The position numbers were made by a program, and so were the translations under genes. 64,000 bases of DNA from Octopus bimaculoides (Eukaryota), in NCBI RefSeq assembly GCF_001194135.2, contig NC_068986.1:22458562-22522561 (forward strand), in the 5' to 3' direction. Each line of letters opens with the position of its first letter. Within the stretch, counting starts at the first letter, position 1. Shown here one piece after another: positions 23,601 to 37,086 of the stretch. The notes beneath the pieces were generated by a model, which was given only the letters and a program-made list of their open reading frames with translations, did no database searches and was not told the DNA's origin.

Positions 23601-26600
23601 TAAATAAAGTTGAATAGAATAAAATATTAACAGGACTGCTTAAGGTTTAAGATAAGACTTATTCTCTTAGACAAACAAATATCCCTTAAGAAGTTTCTGC
23701 TTAAAAGTGATGCACAAAAACCAAAGTTATGTAGTGTAATATAACTTAAATTTGAGGTTCTTTGTCTAAAAATAACTTTAAACTTATAATAAACCATCAT
23801 GTGCACAGTGAAGAGTGAGCATCAAATCAATGACATAGATATTCATTCTTAATATGTTCCAGCAGATTCAAACATGAATATGCTAATTGCTATTGTATTT
23901 TGTCATTGGAGAACAAAATCTCCTTTCAGATGATTATCTGTTTGTGACACACTTGATTTACTGAGTTAAAGGGAATTTGAGTTCTTGGTGTTTTGATTTT
24001 ATTGTGTCTCTCTCTTCACTCAACGGTTTCTTGGACCAATGAATCTAGCAAGAGTTCTGACTCTTGATTATAGAATTCAGCCAGCAAATTATTTACTGAA
24101 GCATGCTAACTGATAATAGATCATCATGTGCAATTATGGACAGCAAAAATAAAAATGATGACATACACATTCATTTTTAATATGTTCCTGCAGAACTTAC
24201 AACTTGATTGTTGAATTGAAAATGATTAATGACTGATATAATCCACAAAGTTAGAAGCCTTGTAAATATTTTTGTATTATCTAATGAATATGAAGTCTGT
24301 AAAAATTTTAAGTTTCTTGATGAATACCATACTCATAAAAATGCAATTTTGGGGGAATAATTTCCGTTTGCTAATTTGCTGTACTGTGATACACACAGGC
24401 ACACACATACATACCCCCCACCCCCCGCAATACATACACATGTGCATGCACACATACATATGTCAGCTAGTACCTCACATCTAATTATTTGTATTTTGCA
24501 TTTCTGATTATTAGACTGGGTCTGGGATATGATATAAGTGATTCATTGTTTAGAATATATAGGCATTTATAATAAATAACCAAATATGAAGAGTCAGCTG
24601 TCATAACCATATATAACTCTTGCCCCTTGACATTGAGTTTCATATATATAAAACAGTTGCACATCTTAAATATTGACGGCAGTTTTGTCTTGTGGAAATA
24701 CATGGTATTTACAAGGATTTTATGTTTAATACATTGATTCAGTTACTTGTGTTCTAGTTTACATAACACTACCACAACTTGGGTTAGTTGCTATGGTGAA
24801 AGTTTATTGGTTGGATGGACTTCCGCCTGACTCGGGCAAGCATAAAACATACAGATGTTAAAATATAAGTGGATGATGATTAAAAAAAGGGAAAAAATCT
24901 ATATTTGGGTGTTTGTTTTCAGCTTGGCAGATTCTTTTACATGTTTCTTTTCCTTTCTATTTTTGATGTAAGTAAAGGATAAAGTTTGGCAAATTACACT
25001 TTTTTCTCTAAATATTCTTTGTACTTCAAAGTATTTTAGTATTTGAAAGTATTTGAATAAGTTCATTATTTGCAGTGATATTTAAAAAAATTACCTAAAA
25101 ATAACTGCAATTTGAAATCTGTTTGAATTTTTTGAAGTTGTGTTTTGTTAGATTAAAAATTCATTGCATTTTTATGATTTCTTAAGTATAATGAAAGCTG
25201 CAAATGGTTTCCATATAAGAGATAGATATCCAGGGCTGTGGAGTCAGATGCAATTATTAGTTTACTGGAGTTGGAGTTAGGTGGTAAAAATGTACTAACT
25301 CTAACTAAATGTATATTGTAATATATGTGTTGAAGTTTTAAACAATCCTTTAATCTTGAAAAGGAAGGATTATATATGTAATTGAGTTCATTTCTTTTAA
25401 AATGGTTGTTTGTTTAGTTGCTTTAAGTCTTTTAGTGTTAACTTAGATATACTTTAGATTTTTGAACTGGTAAAGAAAGATGTTCTTAATTTCAATATAA
25501 GAAATATATGACTAGAAAAATATAAGAAATGTTTGATTAGCTTAATTGCATCTACAGGAGTTGGTGGTCCATAAAGTGATGAGGCAGAGTTAGATAAAGG
25601 TTTTGTGCATGATTCCACAGTCTTGCTAAGATCATCATCTTTGAATTAATACATATTATTAAATGTTCTTTGAGTTCCAAAAGAGAAATCCAATGAGCCA
25701 ATCTCAGGTAATTTTTTCCTTTCCTGCTGCTAATCACTCAAATACGAAGAACCTGTTTGTCAGTCAGGAAAACTGAGACAAGGAAAGTTACTTTGCTTAT
25801 GTCATTGTAAAATGATGGGGAGACTTTAATTCATGGCTACAAAGCTGTTGTGTCTGTGATATAAACATATGGGAAGACAGTGGTTGGTCACTCTTATATT
25901 TCAAGAAGGGTACTTACAAAGGGCCTAGGAAGTATGTGTTATTCTTGTTGAGTTTAGAATCTTTGTCAAGAATGGTATGACCAACTGTATTACTAATGTA
26001 CTTCTATTATCTTACATAACATGTGTCAACTTATGAACTGATCTTTTTTGTAGTTGTTTTTTTATCCTTATTAATTTTTCAGCTTTGTGATGTCCAATAT
26101 TCTTCAGTATTCTATTTCTTGTGCCTTTGAAATACATGTATCTAAAGTACTTAGGACATTTGAGGCATGATTAAAAGTATGACAATCTCAGATACAATTT
26201 CCATGGTCAAGTAATTTTTTAAAAATAAATAAATGTATTATTTATAATCATCATTGCTATTTATACAATTTCCTATGCTGATAGGAGGCATATAATTGAT
26301 CTGATTAGCTGTGCACAAATCTATGAAATACTGTTACTAAGATTAATAACTGAGAGAAATGAATTTTACATGGCTTTTATTGAGATTGTTTTTCTTTTTC
26401 TCTCTCTCTCTCTCTCTCATGATAATTTGTGTACATAGTTTGACTGTACTGTGCTTATATTGGCTTTTCTGATTGAGAATATACAATACTTGTAATCTTA
26501 GAGATGTATCACATGATACATGTTCTATTTATGTGCTGAAAGCCTGGACAGTAAAGGGAAAATGTTGAGAATGGATGTTGAAAAATTTTGTAAGGTCTCG

Positions 26601-27309
26601 TAATCGGTACATGTCTAAGAAATATGGAAGTTTATGCTAATTGCATAAGTAGTGAATGCAGATTTTTCTTGGCTAATATGGAATGTGAAATTAGGGAAGA
26701 CAAAGTGAAGAAATCTCTTGACAGATCTATTATGGTACAAATTAGTTTTGGGGAAAATACCTTGATATAAAAATCAGTGTGTGGGTAATTAAAAAAAAAA
26801 AATGCAGTTTTAGAAAAATTTGCATGATGATACAAGTACTTGATATTGATTGCCTGAAAGATTTTGTCAACAAGGAAATTGAATTTAGAGCTGATAAATT
26901 TATTCCAATCTCATATCTAGTTGGTGTTTTATTTCATCTGCAGAGTTGACATTGTTAAGGTTGAGGGAATTTACTATTGTTAGCATATGTTCATTCAGTG
27001 ATTTTGCTTTTGTTGTATACCTCATGTCATCAATTCAGATTTAACTGTTCTCGTAGAGTCTGTGTCCTTGAACAAGACTTGACTTTACTTACTCTTATAC
27101 TCTTATTGCCCTGACTGAACAAAAATTAAATGTCACTATGGTTGAGTGGATAGCAATACAAAATGTATCTATCAGCAATTTCTATAAGAAATAAACCATC
27201 CATGTAAGGTTGAAAAATGGATGTAAAATAGAAAAAACAAAAAGCTGTCATGCTTTTATTTTCACTTTACAGCACACCATTTTACTTTTTATTTTTTATT
27301 TTTTATTTT

Positions 27310-29160
27310 TTATTATTGCATGGGTTGGACAGGTCTTCTCTGTTAGTGTTTCCCATTTGTGGTCTTTTGTCATCTCCTTCATGTGAATCAACTTTCAACA
27401 CATCTTCCTGTATCTTCAGCAGAACATTTGCTTATTTCAGCTGGCTCTTCTTTATCTAACTGTGTCATCCTCCCTATGCATCACATGTTCATTTCAGCTG
27501 AGACTTCTTTCTTGAACACTACATCTGATTCGTCCTACACTCAGTTTTTCTCTCAGCTCACTTGTACTTCATAGTTTATGCACATCAATATTATACACTC
27601 AACTGAACATCCTACCTCATTCTTCCTCGCCCTTGCACATCCTCTTCATTTACTACCATGAAATGTCATTTCTTTGCAAACATTTTACAGTCTTCATTTC
27701 GCTTGGAGACAATGCCTTTGTTGCTTGCAGAGGTAATAGCTCCTTGAACTTTTACCATCCCATTTTTACTCTGGCTATTATGTTCTTGAATCTCCACCGC
27801 ATCCACTATTGTTAGTTAAGTCATCTATGTAACAGAGTTTATCAACTATTGGGTTGGCAAGAAAGTTATTTCGTTTTTTTTAGTGTGAAATATAAGTAAT
27901 TTTTTTTCATACAAAGAATGAACTTTAATCAATTATATGTTTTCCATTTTGTTCGATGACCTTTTGCCATCTTTCTGGCAACTTCATGATTCTGCACTCT
28001 TAGAACTTCTGGTCCTTATCAACCAAAAACTGATGCAAGTGTGATTTCAGGTTATCATCATTATTGAAAGTTTTACCATTCAAAGAATTTTGCAAACTTT
28101 GAAATAAATAGTAATCTGATGGTGCAAGGTCAGGGTTATATGGTGGATGTGACATCCATCCCAACCAAGCTCCAATAATTTTTCACAAGTTAGCAAAGAT
28201 GTGTGGTCTAGCATTGTCATGGTGGAACTCTATTCCTTTACGATTTGCCAATTCTGGCTGTTTTTCTTTGATTGCTTCCTCCAGTTTCATTAGTTGTTAA
28301 CAGTAAACATCTGAATTGATTGTTTGGTTCCTTGGAAGCAGCTCAAAATACACAACACCTTTGTTATCCCACCAAATTGACAGCATGACCTTTTTTAATG
28401 CAATTCAGCTTTCAGTGTGGTTTGTGCTGGTTCATTATGCTTGGACCATGATTGTTTTTGATTGATGATATTGTGCACAATTCATTTTCCATCACCAGTG
28501 CTGATTTGTTTAAAAAAAAAAGGTCGATTTCATTGTGTTTGAGATGCATATCTCAAATATTGATTCATTGTGTTAAGTGAATCTCTTTCAATTTATGTGG
28601 CACCCAAATATTGAGCTTCTTAACAAGTCCAAGATGCTTGTTTTTGCATTCCATGTTACAATTGATACTGAACTTGCATGCAATTTGCTTCTAAAGTAAA
28701 CTAGAAGTAACAGCTATCAAATGTCAAAAGGAAAAAAATCATAACATTGACAAAAGTCATTAAAAAAAATCATAACTCTATTTTCGAAAAGCAAAATTAC
28801 TTTCTTGCCAACCCAGTACTTTTTTGAGGCCTTCTGAGGAGTTGATAAGATTTATTTCATGGATGCTGTTATTGCTAACTACTTCTGTGTATCTGCTACA
28901 TGAAGTCCTTCTCTGTTAGTCAGCCTGTGATTCCACTGCGCCTCCTGCAACCACTATATGGAATTCCTACTTATCTTTTATTCTACATTTTGTTCATGTC
29001 CACTCCTCAGAAGCCCATAAAATCTTGTCTTTTTTCCCTGTCTACTTAAACTTAGGTCTGCTGTCTTTAATTCTTTGTATTTCAGATTAAATGTACAAAC
29101 CAGATTATTTGGTTTCCTTCCTATCATTTACATCACTAACCTCAAAACTCACCCTCCAGA
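27310..29160 (-). mobile_element. Decayed RTE LINE relic interrupted by a mariner element
   Basis: RT C-terminal-like sequence (GW.KFKELLPL..) at 27390-27840 and upstream RT/Cys-rich region-like sequence at 28820-29160, on either side of the mariner. Confidence 0.55.
27849..28816 (-). mobile_element. Mariner (Tc1/mariner) DNA transposon, internally deleted and decayed
   Basis: TIRs TTGGGTTGGCAAGAAAGTTATTT / AAATTACTTTCTTGCCAACCCAG, flanked by TA at 27847-27848 and 28817-28818. The minus strand reads HPPYNPDLAPSDYYLFQSLQNSLNGKTF..KF*ECRIMKLPERWQKVIEQNG (YSPDL-type motif). Confidence 0.9.
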
Positions 29161-29610
29161 ACTTTTGTTTCTGAAAGTGCAAATGACAAATGTTTGTCAT
29201 TCAGCATTGCTTTAGTCTAGAAAATGTGAACTGGTACAGACAGTGCTAAAGATTACAAAAGCAGAAATGATTACTGAGATAAACAAGATTGTGTAATATG
29301 AGGTCTTTAAGATGAGAAATATAACTACTGTAGTATTTAATTAACAGAAGTAATAATTATCATTATACAATGTTTTAATGATCATTTATGCTAGTGTGAT
29401 TTGCATGAGTAAGCAAAATTCCTTGTTACTACCTCTTTTCTTAGTGACCCTGTTTTTAGCTTTTGTTTCAGTTTTTATTCCTATGGTTTTATCATAATGT
29501 GTCTAATTCTCACATCTTTCACATAAAACATGAGATAACACTAATCTCTGTCATTCCAAGTAATAGCTGCAGTTTCTGAATCCCAGTTGCATACTGCTTT
29601 GTCATAGGAG

Positions 29611-29915
29611 CAAGCATTGTTGTGTGATTAAGAAGTTTACTCCATTATCACATGGTTTGAAGTTCAATCTCGTCGCACAACACCTTTGAATTTGGTAACC
29701 GAAAACTGCAAAAGCCCATTGTACATATATGTACGCCCTGTTTGCATTTGTGTTTGATACAACACTGCTTGTTGAAAAACTTGTGTTATGATGAAAAAGG
29801 TAACTTAGCCACTCGATAAAATAAGTACCAGATTCAAGTAAGCACTGGAGTTAATATGATCTAGTTAAACCTACAGCCATGGTGCATTGACCAGTGAAAA
29901 CCTGTGAAAGAATAA
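29611..29915 (+). mobile_element. Decayed SINE (GTGTGGTTAAGAAG-type head), tail type of the 63087 copy
   Basis: Head GTTGTGTGATTAAGAAGTTT..; GTAACTTAGC..GATAAAATAAGTACCAG..TGAAAGAATAAA tail as in 63720-63845. Confidence 0.5.
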
Positions 29916-31339
29916 AGGGAGCTATCTTACTAATCTTTCTAATCTCTTCTATTCAAGAGGTTATTAATTTTCAGTTTTATAATATCATCCCTTAAAATAG
30001 GAATTAGACTGGTGCTTTTTGAATATGTAGAAATATTGCTACAAAAAATATCCCTTTAAACTTTCAGTAATTACATAAGAATTGTATAGCTATTGTCTTT
30101 TATTTGGATCTGCTATGAGGCTTGATTAGCAATGTCTTGATAGCAAAATGTATCTATTACTTTTAAACTACTATAGTAATTTATCTACTACTTTATTATC
30201 TTTTGTGTCAATATGCTATCTTGATTTCTAGATAGGTTATATAACTTGTACGTCAATCTATGTAATGTAGACTATCTCCCGCTTTTGCTTACATATTCAT
30301 TAAGGCTATTTATCTGTTGAGAAATTAGGTCTCAGTATTTGAGATTAGTATTAGTATTAATTATATTGCACCATTTATTTTAACTTTATTATTCTTGGTG
30401 ATTATTGTAGAGCAAAAGTTAACTAACTCTAATAGTTTTTTTTTTACAATCTACATTAACCAGCTGTCTTTTGTAAAATAAGCTTTATCTGGTAGCAGTA
30501 ATAGTCACAAATTTACTATAAACACGCACGCACGCACACACACACACACACATTAACGGAGCCTGTAAGAGATGTTAAAATTTCTTTACATTGTAAAGTT
30601 TCTTAAACAGAAGAATTGTAGATTTATAGACTTGTTTTATTCTCCCACATCAATTCAGTAAATATAGGAATGATGTAAAAGTATTACACACTGGTGTGTT
30701 TTGAAAATTGTTTTGCTTGGGAGTTGGCATAATTATTATGGGAATTACTATAATTATAGATTTTTTTTGTACAGAAAAGAATAAATTAGCTAGGACAAGA
30801 CAAAAAGATAAATTTGTTGTTAGCTGAACTGTAACGTTGCATAGTGAATACGTGTTTGATTATAAAGAAAATGAAGTGTGCACATACTGAAAGTATGTCA
30901 CGCTTGTAACTTGCTTACTTACACAACTCAGACAAATCCAGTTTTGAAGTTTTTTGTTTTTTTTACTTCAAAAGAATTCAAGTAACCAACAATACTTTTA
31001 CATTATAGGTTTATCAGAGTTAAATACTTGTCCCTTCCTTAGATCTTGTATTTTTCGACTGAAACTTAGATTTCTTTTTGTTTATATTTTATGGTTAATA
31101 ATAGAATTTAGATGAAATTATTTGATTTCAAAAGAGACAGTGATTGCTATGAAGAAAATTAGAAATAAGTGAACATACAAGTTGAAATTTTGTTAATAAT
31201 AATCTTAACCTGATGAAACTTATAACCGTTTCATTACTTTGAAATATATATGCAACTTTATTTAATAAAACATTTTTTTTTTTTTTTAGAAATTAAATAA
31301 AAAATAAAAGTGGCTAAATAATTATATCATGATATAAAT

Positions 31340-31846
31340 TTTGGTTCCAGGCTCAGTCTTTGATATCTTGGATTAGTCTCTTCTACTATAGCCCTGGGTT
31401 GATCAAACCCTTGTGGGTGGATTTGGTTGAAAGAAATTGAAAGAAGCCCATTGTGTGTGTGTGTGTGTGTGTATGCGTGTATATATATANNNNNNNNNNN
31501 NNNNNNNNNNNNNNNNNNNNNNNNNNNNNNNNNNNNNNNNNNNNNNNNNNNNNNNNNNNNNACACACATACGTATGTGTGTGTATGTGTCTGTATATTTA
31601 TGTGTGTGTGTGTGTGCATGTGTGTGTTAATGTCTCTTTGCATTGTCATCATGTAACAGTTGTTAATGCGTATCACTATCATGTAAGCATGTATCCTTTA
31701 TTTCCAATCTTCCATGAAAATATGTCTGGTTATGGGGAAATATTACATCACTTGGCAACAGGAAGGGCATCTGGCTGTAGAAAATCTGCTTCAACAAATT
31801 CCATGCAAGCATAGAAAAGTGGATGTTCACACTATGCTGATGATGA
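31340..31846 (+). mobile_element. SINE with internal (GT/TA)n microsatellite and RTE-type tail (gap inside)
   Basis: CTTCTACTATAGCC..GTGGATTTGG..GAAAGAAGCCC, then microsatellite, then GGGGAAATATT..GGAAGGGCATCTGGCTGTAGAAAATCTG..GAAAAGTGGATGTT..GATGATG. Confidence 0.75.
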
Positions 31847-32498
31847 AAATAACCCCACCCCCACCTCCCCAAACACTGAGAAAGCTTGCAAATAAGAAAC
31901 CTGTTTAAATGAATTGTTCAAACTGTTCATTTGGCCTTCTTGCTATGTAAACATTATCTTGATAGTGTGTTCTATAGCAGAGTTACAGTAGAATTTTATT
32001 TCTGGTAAATTTTAAAGTGTGTGAAATTAAGAATAAATTATGTGGTTTTATTTATTACATATTTATTAATCATTTGTTTTTAGTTAAAAAGAACTATGTA
32101 ATTGCTTCATATGTATTTTAGACTATATATATCTATAATAATATCTCAAGAATAGTATTTTGAAACTTATTTGACTTCAATTTTTTTCCATACATTTGAC
32201 AGCTGCACTTTTATTAAAGTGGCATGTTATCAAAAACAATAAAACTCTGGACAGGGAGTATTTAGCCTCTTCCTATTTTCTAAGTTCAAAGCTTTAATTT
32301 TCTTCCCTATAAGTACTAATAGCTACAAATGTGGTCAATTCAATTCATTACACATTCCCATCTTACAAAAATTGGCCTGGTATCTGAGCAAATCATTGTT
32401 TTGTTTTTGAATTTATTAACTTGATTGCATTTGTCTGTAATTGATGGCTTGGCATTTCTGTGAGGTGTATGTACATATATATATATATATATATATAT

Positions 32499-33435
32499 CA
32501 TCATCATCATCGTTTAACGTCCGCTTTCCATGCTAGCATGGGTTGGACGATTTGACTGAGGACTGGTGAAACNNNNNNNNNNNNNNNNNNNNNNNNNNNN
32601 NNNNNNNNNNNNNNNNNNNNNNNNNNNNNNNNNNNNNNNNNNNNNNNNNNNNNNNNNNNNNNNNNNNNNNNNNNNNNNNNNNNNNNNNNNNNNNNNNNNN
32701 NNNNNNNNNNNNNNNNNNNNNNNNNNNNNNNNNNNNNNNNNNNNNNNNNNNNNNNNNNNNNNNNNNNNNNNNNNNNNNNNNNNNNNNNNNNNNNNNNNNN
32801 NNNNNNNNNNNNNNNNNNNNNNNNNNNNNNNNNNNNNNNNNNNNNNNNNNNNNNNNNNNNNNNNNNNNNNNNNNNNNNNNNNNNNNNNNNNNNNNNNNNN
32901 NNNNNNNNNNNNNNNNNNNNNNNNNNNNNNNNNNNNNNNNNNNNNNNNNNNNNNNNNNNNNNNNNNNNNNNNNNNNNNNNNNNNNNNNNNNNNNNNNNNN
33001 NNNNNNNNNNNNNNNNNNNNNNNNNNNNNNNNNNNNNNNNNNNNNNNNNNNNNNNNNNNNNNNNNNNNNNNNNNGCTTCTAATGTTCAGCTTTTCTCTCA
33101 AGATACTTACACTCTGACGGGTATTCACATTGACATTACACATCCAACGGAGCATACTGGCTTCATTCCTTGCGAGCTTATGTATGTCCTCAGCAGTTAC
33201 AGCCCATGTTTCACTGCCATGTAGCATGGCTGTTTGTACGCATGCGTCATACAGTCTGCCTTCTACTCTGAGTGAGAGTCCCTTTGTCGCCAGCAGGGGT
33301 AAGAGCTCTCTAAACTTTGCCCAAGCTATTCTTATTCTAGCAGCTACACTTTCAGCGCACCCACCCCCACTACTAACTTGGTCGCCCAGATAGCGGAAGC
33401 TATTGACTACCTCTAGTTTTTCACCCTGGAATGAG
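32499..33435 (-). mobile_element. 5'-truncated young RTE-clade LINE (RT C-terminus plus 3' tail; middle in N gap)
   Basis: The minus strand reads EKLEVVNSFRYLGDQVSSGGGCAESVAARIRIAWAKFRELLPLLATKGLSLRVEGRLYDACVQTAMLHGSETWAVTAEDIHKLARNEASMLRWMCNV without stops. The (GAT)n tail is at 32499 and both ends abut (TA)n. Confidence 0.9.
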
Positions 33436-33744
33436 ATATATATATATAATTTAGATGTAACCTGTTTTTTTTTCTAGATAGGACTTTTAAAGCTAGATAC
33501 ATGCTGTGTTTTGACAAAGGAATTATTTTAGTGCTGGATTGAACCTTCTAGTTTCTTCAGAAGAATTCATCCAGTTTGCTTTAACTTAACAATTAGCATT
33601 TATTTCATTCATTGCTTTTTATATTTTGTTTTTGATTTCTCTCTGTATAATAATTTGTAATGCTAATATAGTAATGTGCATATTAATGGATCTTGGATTA
33701 TAATAGTAAATTTCTAAATTAGGCACAAGCCAGGAATGTGTGGG

Positions 33745-34052
33745 TTAAATTGTATTTGACTGGAATTTCATTTTATTAACCACAAACATAAGGTCAGGAG
33801 TTTGATTCCCAGCAGTGCATTGTGTGCTTAAGCAAGTCAATTTATTTCACAAGCTGACAAAAATGAGTAGTACCTGTAATTCAAAGGGATAGCTGCATCA
33901 CATTTTGTGTCACACTGAATCTCCTTGAGAACTATGTTAAGGGTACACATGACTGTGGAGGGCTCAGCCACTTGCATGTTAATTTCACAAGCAGGCTGTT
34001 CCATTGCTCAGACTAACTGGAACTCAAGTCGTCATAACCAACAGAGTGCCAT
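33745..34052 (+). mobile_element. Decayed SINE sharing its 3' body with 13793-14153
   Basis: CCTGTAATTCAAAGGG..GAGAACTATGTTAAGGGTACAC..GTTAATTTCAC.AGCAGGCTGTTCC is shared. B-box-like GAGTTTGATTCC. Confidence 0.75.
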
Positions 34053-34879
34053 TTTATTTTATCAACCTGTGAAAATTGAAAGGTAATGTTGACTGTGACT
34101 GGATTTGAACTCTGAATATTTCAAAAAATTTTGCAATACATTTTGTTGCAATACAAATTGGTTCACAGATGGTGTATTTTCACCTATGTAAGTTACAGTT
34201 CTTGAAGGTAATCAGTGATTACACTCCCTAAATAACAAAAACACTATTCAAATATTTTTATTAGTTTGAGTTAAATTTTTTTAAAATTTTATTTTTTTTA
34301 TATTATACCTAATCACAACACCCACGGACATTTGCAGCACCTATGAGTACAGCACCCATGAACATTTGCAAGGCATCTGGAGTTAGTAGGTGGTGGGGAA
34401 GAAACCACCTCAGACCAGAGACACTGGATTTGAATTCTTGCAACAGAATAAACTCTACTAAAGGCATTCAAATATAGGGTGTGGTGGTGGGTTATTAAAC
34501 CGGGTGACAGATTAAGTTTACTATTCAAATTAAGCTTTATTTTTGTATTAGAGTATTTTCTTGTCATGCTTGAGTGGTTTCATAAAATTGAAGGAGGAGG
34601 AGTTGTTAGTTCATGCAAAACTTAAGTACATATAAAAATAGAAAAAGTCAAGATTTTACTGAAGTAAATAAAGAAAAGAAAAAGCTGCTTAATCATCTGA
34701 TTTGACAAATGTGAACCTACATATTTTTATATAACAAAAATACACTTTCAGTTTTTTAATTTATTTATTTTTGGGGTATATGAAATATTGAAAATAATAT
34801 TCATAGAAACTAAACTTCTTTTCCAGAGTTGAAGTTGAATTCTTTTTTGGTACCTGATGCAATTTCAATGTTTTTAACG

Positions 34880-35060
34880 TTCTTTTTTTTTTTTTTCAAG
34901 TACCAACCTGCTTGAGACTACTCCAAGTTATATGATATAAACTTCTTGCTTTAAAATGATCTAAATTAAAACCTCCCATCAAATTTTCAGGTTAATTCAT
35001 ATTACAAACACCAGCTTAATGACAAATTTATTTTACAAACTTCTTCGTTATTGTCAAACC
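34880..35060. mobile_element. MITE family B, reverse partial copy
   Basis: AATTAAAACCTCCCATCAAATTTTCA is the reverse complement of the TTTTGATGGAAGGTTTTAATT body motif. Confidence 0.45.
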
Positions 35061-36738
35061 TTATTGAAAAAAAATGAAGCAGTGTATTTCAACAGAACTA
35101 TGGTAATGAAAGAATTCAGTTATTCCTTCTTATCCCTTTTGTGACTATATTTCTATGGATATATGCTTGTGTTTCAAATAATTGTAGTAAACTATCTTAA
35201 TATGTAACTTGATATAATGGTGTTCACAACTGAAATATTAATTTCAATCAAACCACAGTGAAATTTTACTTGAGATTTCAATTTCAACACTCTAACATAG
35301 TTGGCTCAGGCAGGTTTATATTAAAGAGTTAATCTATATTTATTCACGTGTTTTGTCAACACCTGTACTACCTCTATTTTTTTAGATAACTATGTAGCTA
35401 AGGAGATTTCTATTTTATTTTATTTGATTGCCAAAGATGTTACAAGACCAAATTTTTTTTTATAATAATGGATTCCTGATACAAATTGCATGTAATTTAG
35501 TACCGTATACATCGTTGAATACAATTAAGAAAGAAGACATAAAACTTCTTTCAAAAGGTGGACAAATAGTTGCATACAAATATTGAGGCATTAATATTAG
35601 TCAGACAATCAAAACATAATGTTCTTAGCCTTAGCTGGTTTTCTAGAACAGCACTGATATAAAAGAAATGATAATGTGAAAAATAAGATATTGATTTCCC
35701 AAAGAAAGGTAGACAAGAAACAAGACAAACATGAAGGATAGCTTCATCAATCCTCTGGTATCTACCTGTGATTTGATTTCCTTTATTTGCGAACTTTTGT
35801 TTTAGATCGTGCTGCGTAAATTTAAAGATGATGTGCCTAAATTAGCAACAATTATAATGTAACATAATGTATTTGATTTCTTTAGTGGTGTTTCTGTTAA
35901 TTTTTTGATTGTTTGAAAGTGACTTGCAACTTCTGTCACCATTTTTGTCTCATTTCTTATTTTCAAAAACTTTAAGCAGGCTGATGAAGCATTCATAAAT
36001 ATATTTTTGTTTTATTTGGTTTTTGGGTGTCTGCAACAAAACAAAATAAGCTTTAAAAAAAATTTTATGAAAATATTTTGGTAATGTATTACACACAGAC
36101 ACACACACACATGGAATATCTGATTACTTTATTAATCTTTCAGTGTCACTATTATATTTCTTATGCACCATCCTTATTACTACTTTCTCAAGCATTTCAA
36201 TGTGGTTTAATACCACAATGTGGTTTACATTTACTTGCATTCCTCCAAGATAAAATTCCTCAATTCAAATGTAGCTGCACAAAGAAGGAATATAGTTATG
36301 AATGCATCTACAAGAAAAAACTTTTTACATCTTTTAGAGCAAATATAACTTTAATGTTTTTAGGTTAACTAGATTCGCATGTTGATTTTACTCTATTTGT
36401 ACTGATAAGAAAGGATGAGGTAATGTAACCCCATCTCTTTTCATTCTGTTTTTATATTTGATGAAGTCAATACTTCAACTGGTAGTTGTTTAACATTTAA
36501 TCCAATTTTAGCTTCTCATCTACATTTAATTTTAAATTTTAAAAGGTTACTTCTCTTTCTTTGACCAAATGTTGTGATTCAAAATGGCAGTCATTACATC
36601 CTGTCACACTTGTGTGTTTAATACCTCTCTACTTGATGTTTTCATATTATACCTATGTCTTTTGTAGTAAATCAGCCAAGCAAGATTTAGCCTGTATGGT
36701 AAAAAATGCCGCTGCTTTTAGCTTCATATACCTGTTCA

Positions 36739-37086
36739 CAAACCTGGGCACCAAACTGTTAATTGTTAATTAACAAAGTTAACGATGGAAATCATTATTG
36801 GACTAATTAACTTCTGTTACATTTAACTTCCGTTAATTCAAGTCAGCTTGAGTTAACTTCTGTTAGCTTCAATTCAATTGAAATTAATGGATTTTATAGT
36901 TTTGGTACTTTTTAAAGGTGTTTTTAGAGCAAAAACTGATTTTTTGTTTTTTTTACTATAATAAAAATTGTTAACAGCTTATTGATAACTTCTGTTGGAT
37001 TTTTAAAGAATTAACTGATTAACAGTTATCAAAGTTAACTTTTTGGTTAACGAAGTTAACTTTTTGACTAATGGTGCCTACCTTTG
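36739..37086. mobile_element. hAT-like MITE with subterminal GTTAAC/TTAAC repeats
   Basis: Imperfect TIR CAAACCTGGGCACC / GGTGCCTACCTTTG, with dense GTTAAC-type hexamers near both ends and a degenerate possible 8-bp TSD (CTGTTCAC / TTGATCAC). Confidence 0.5.
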
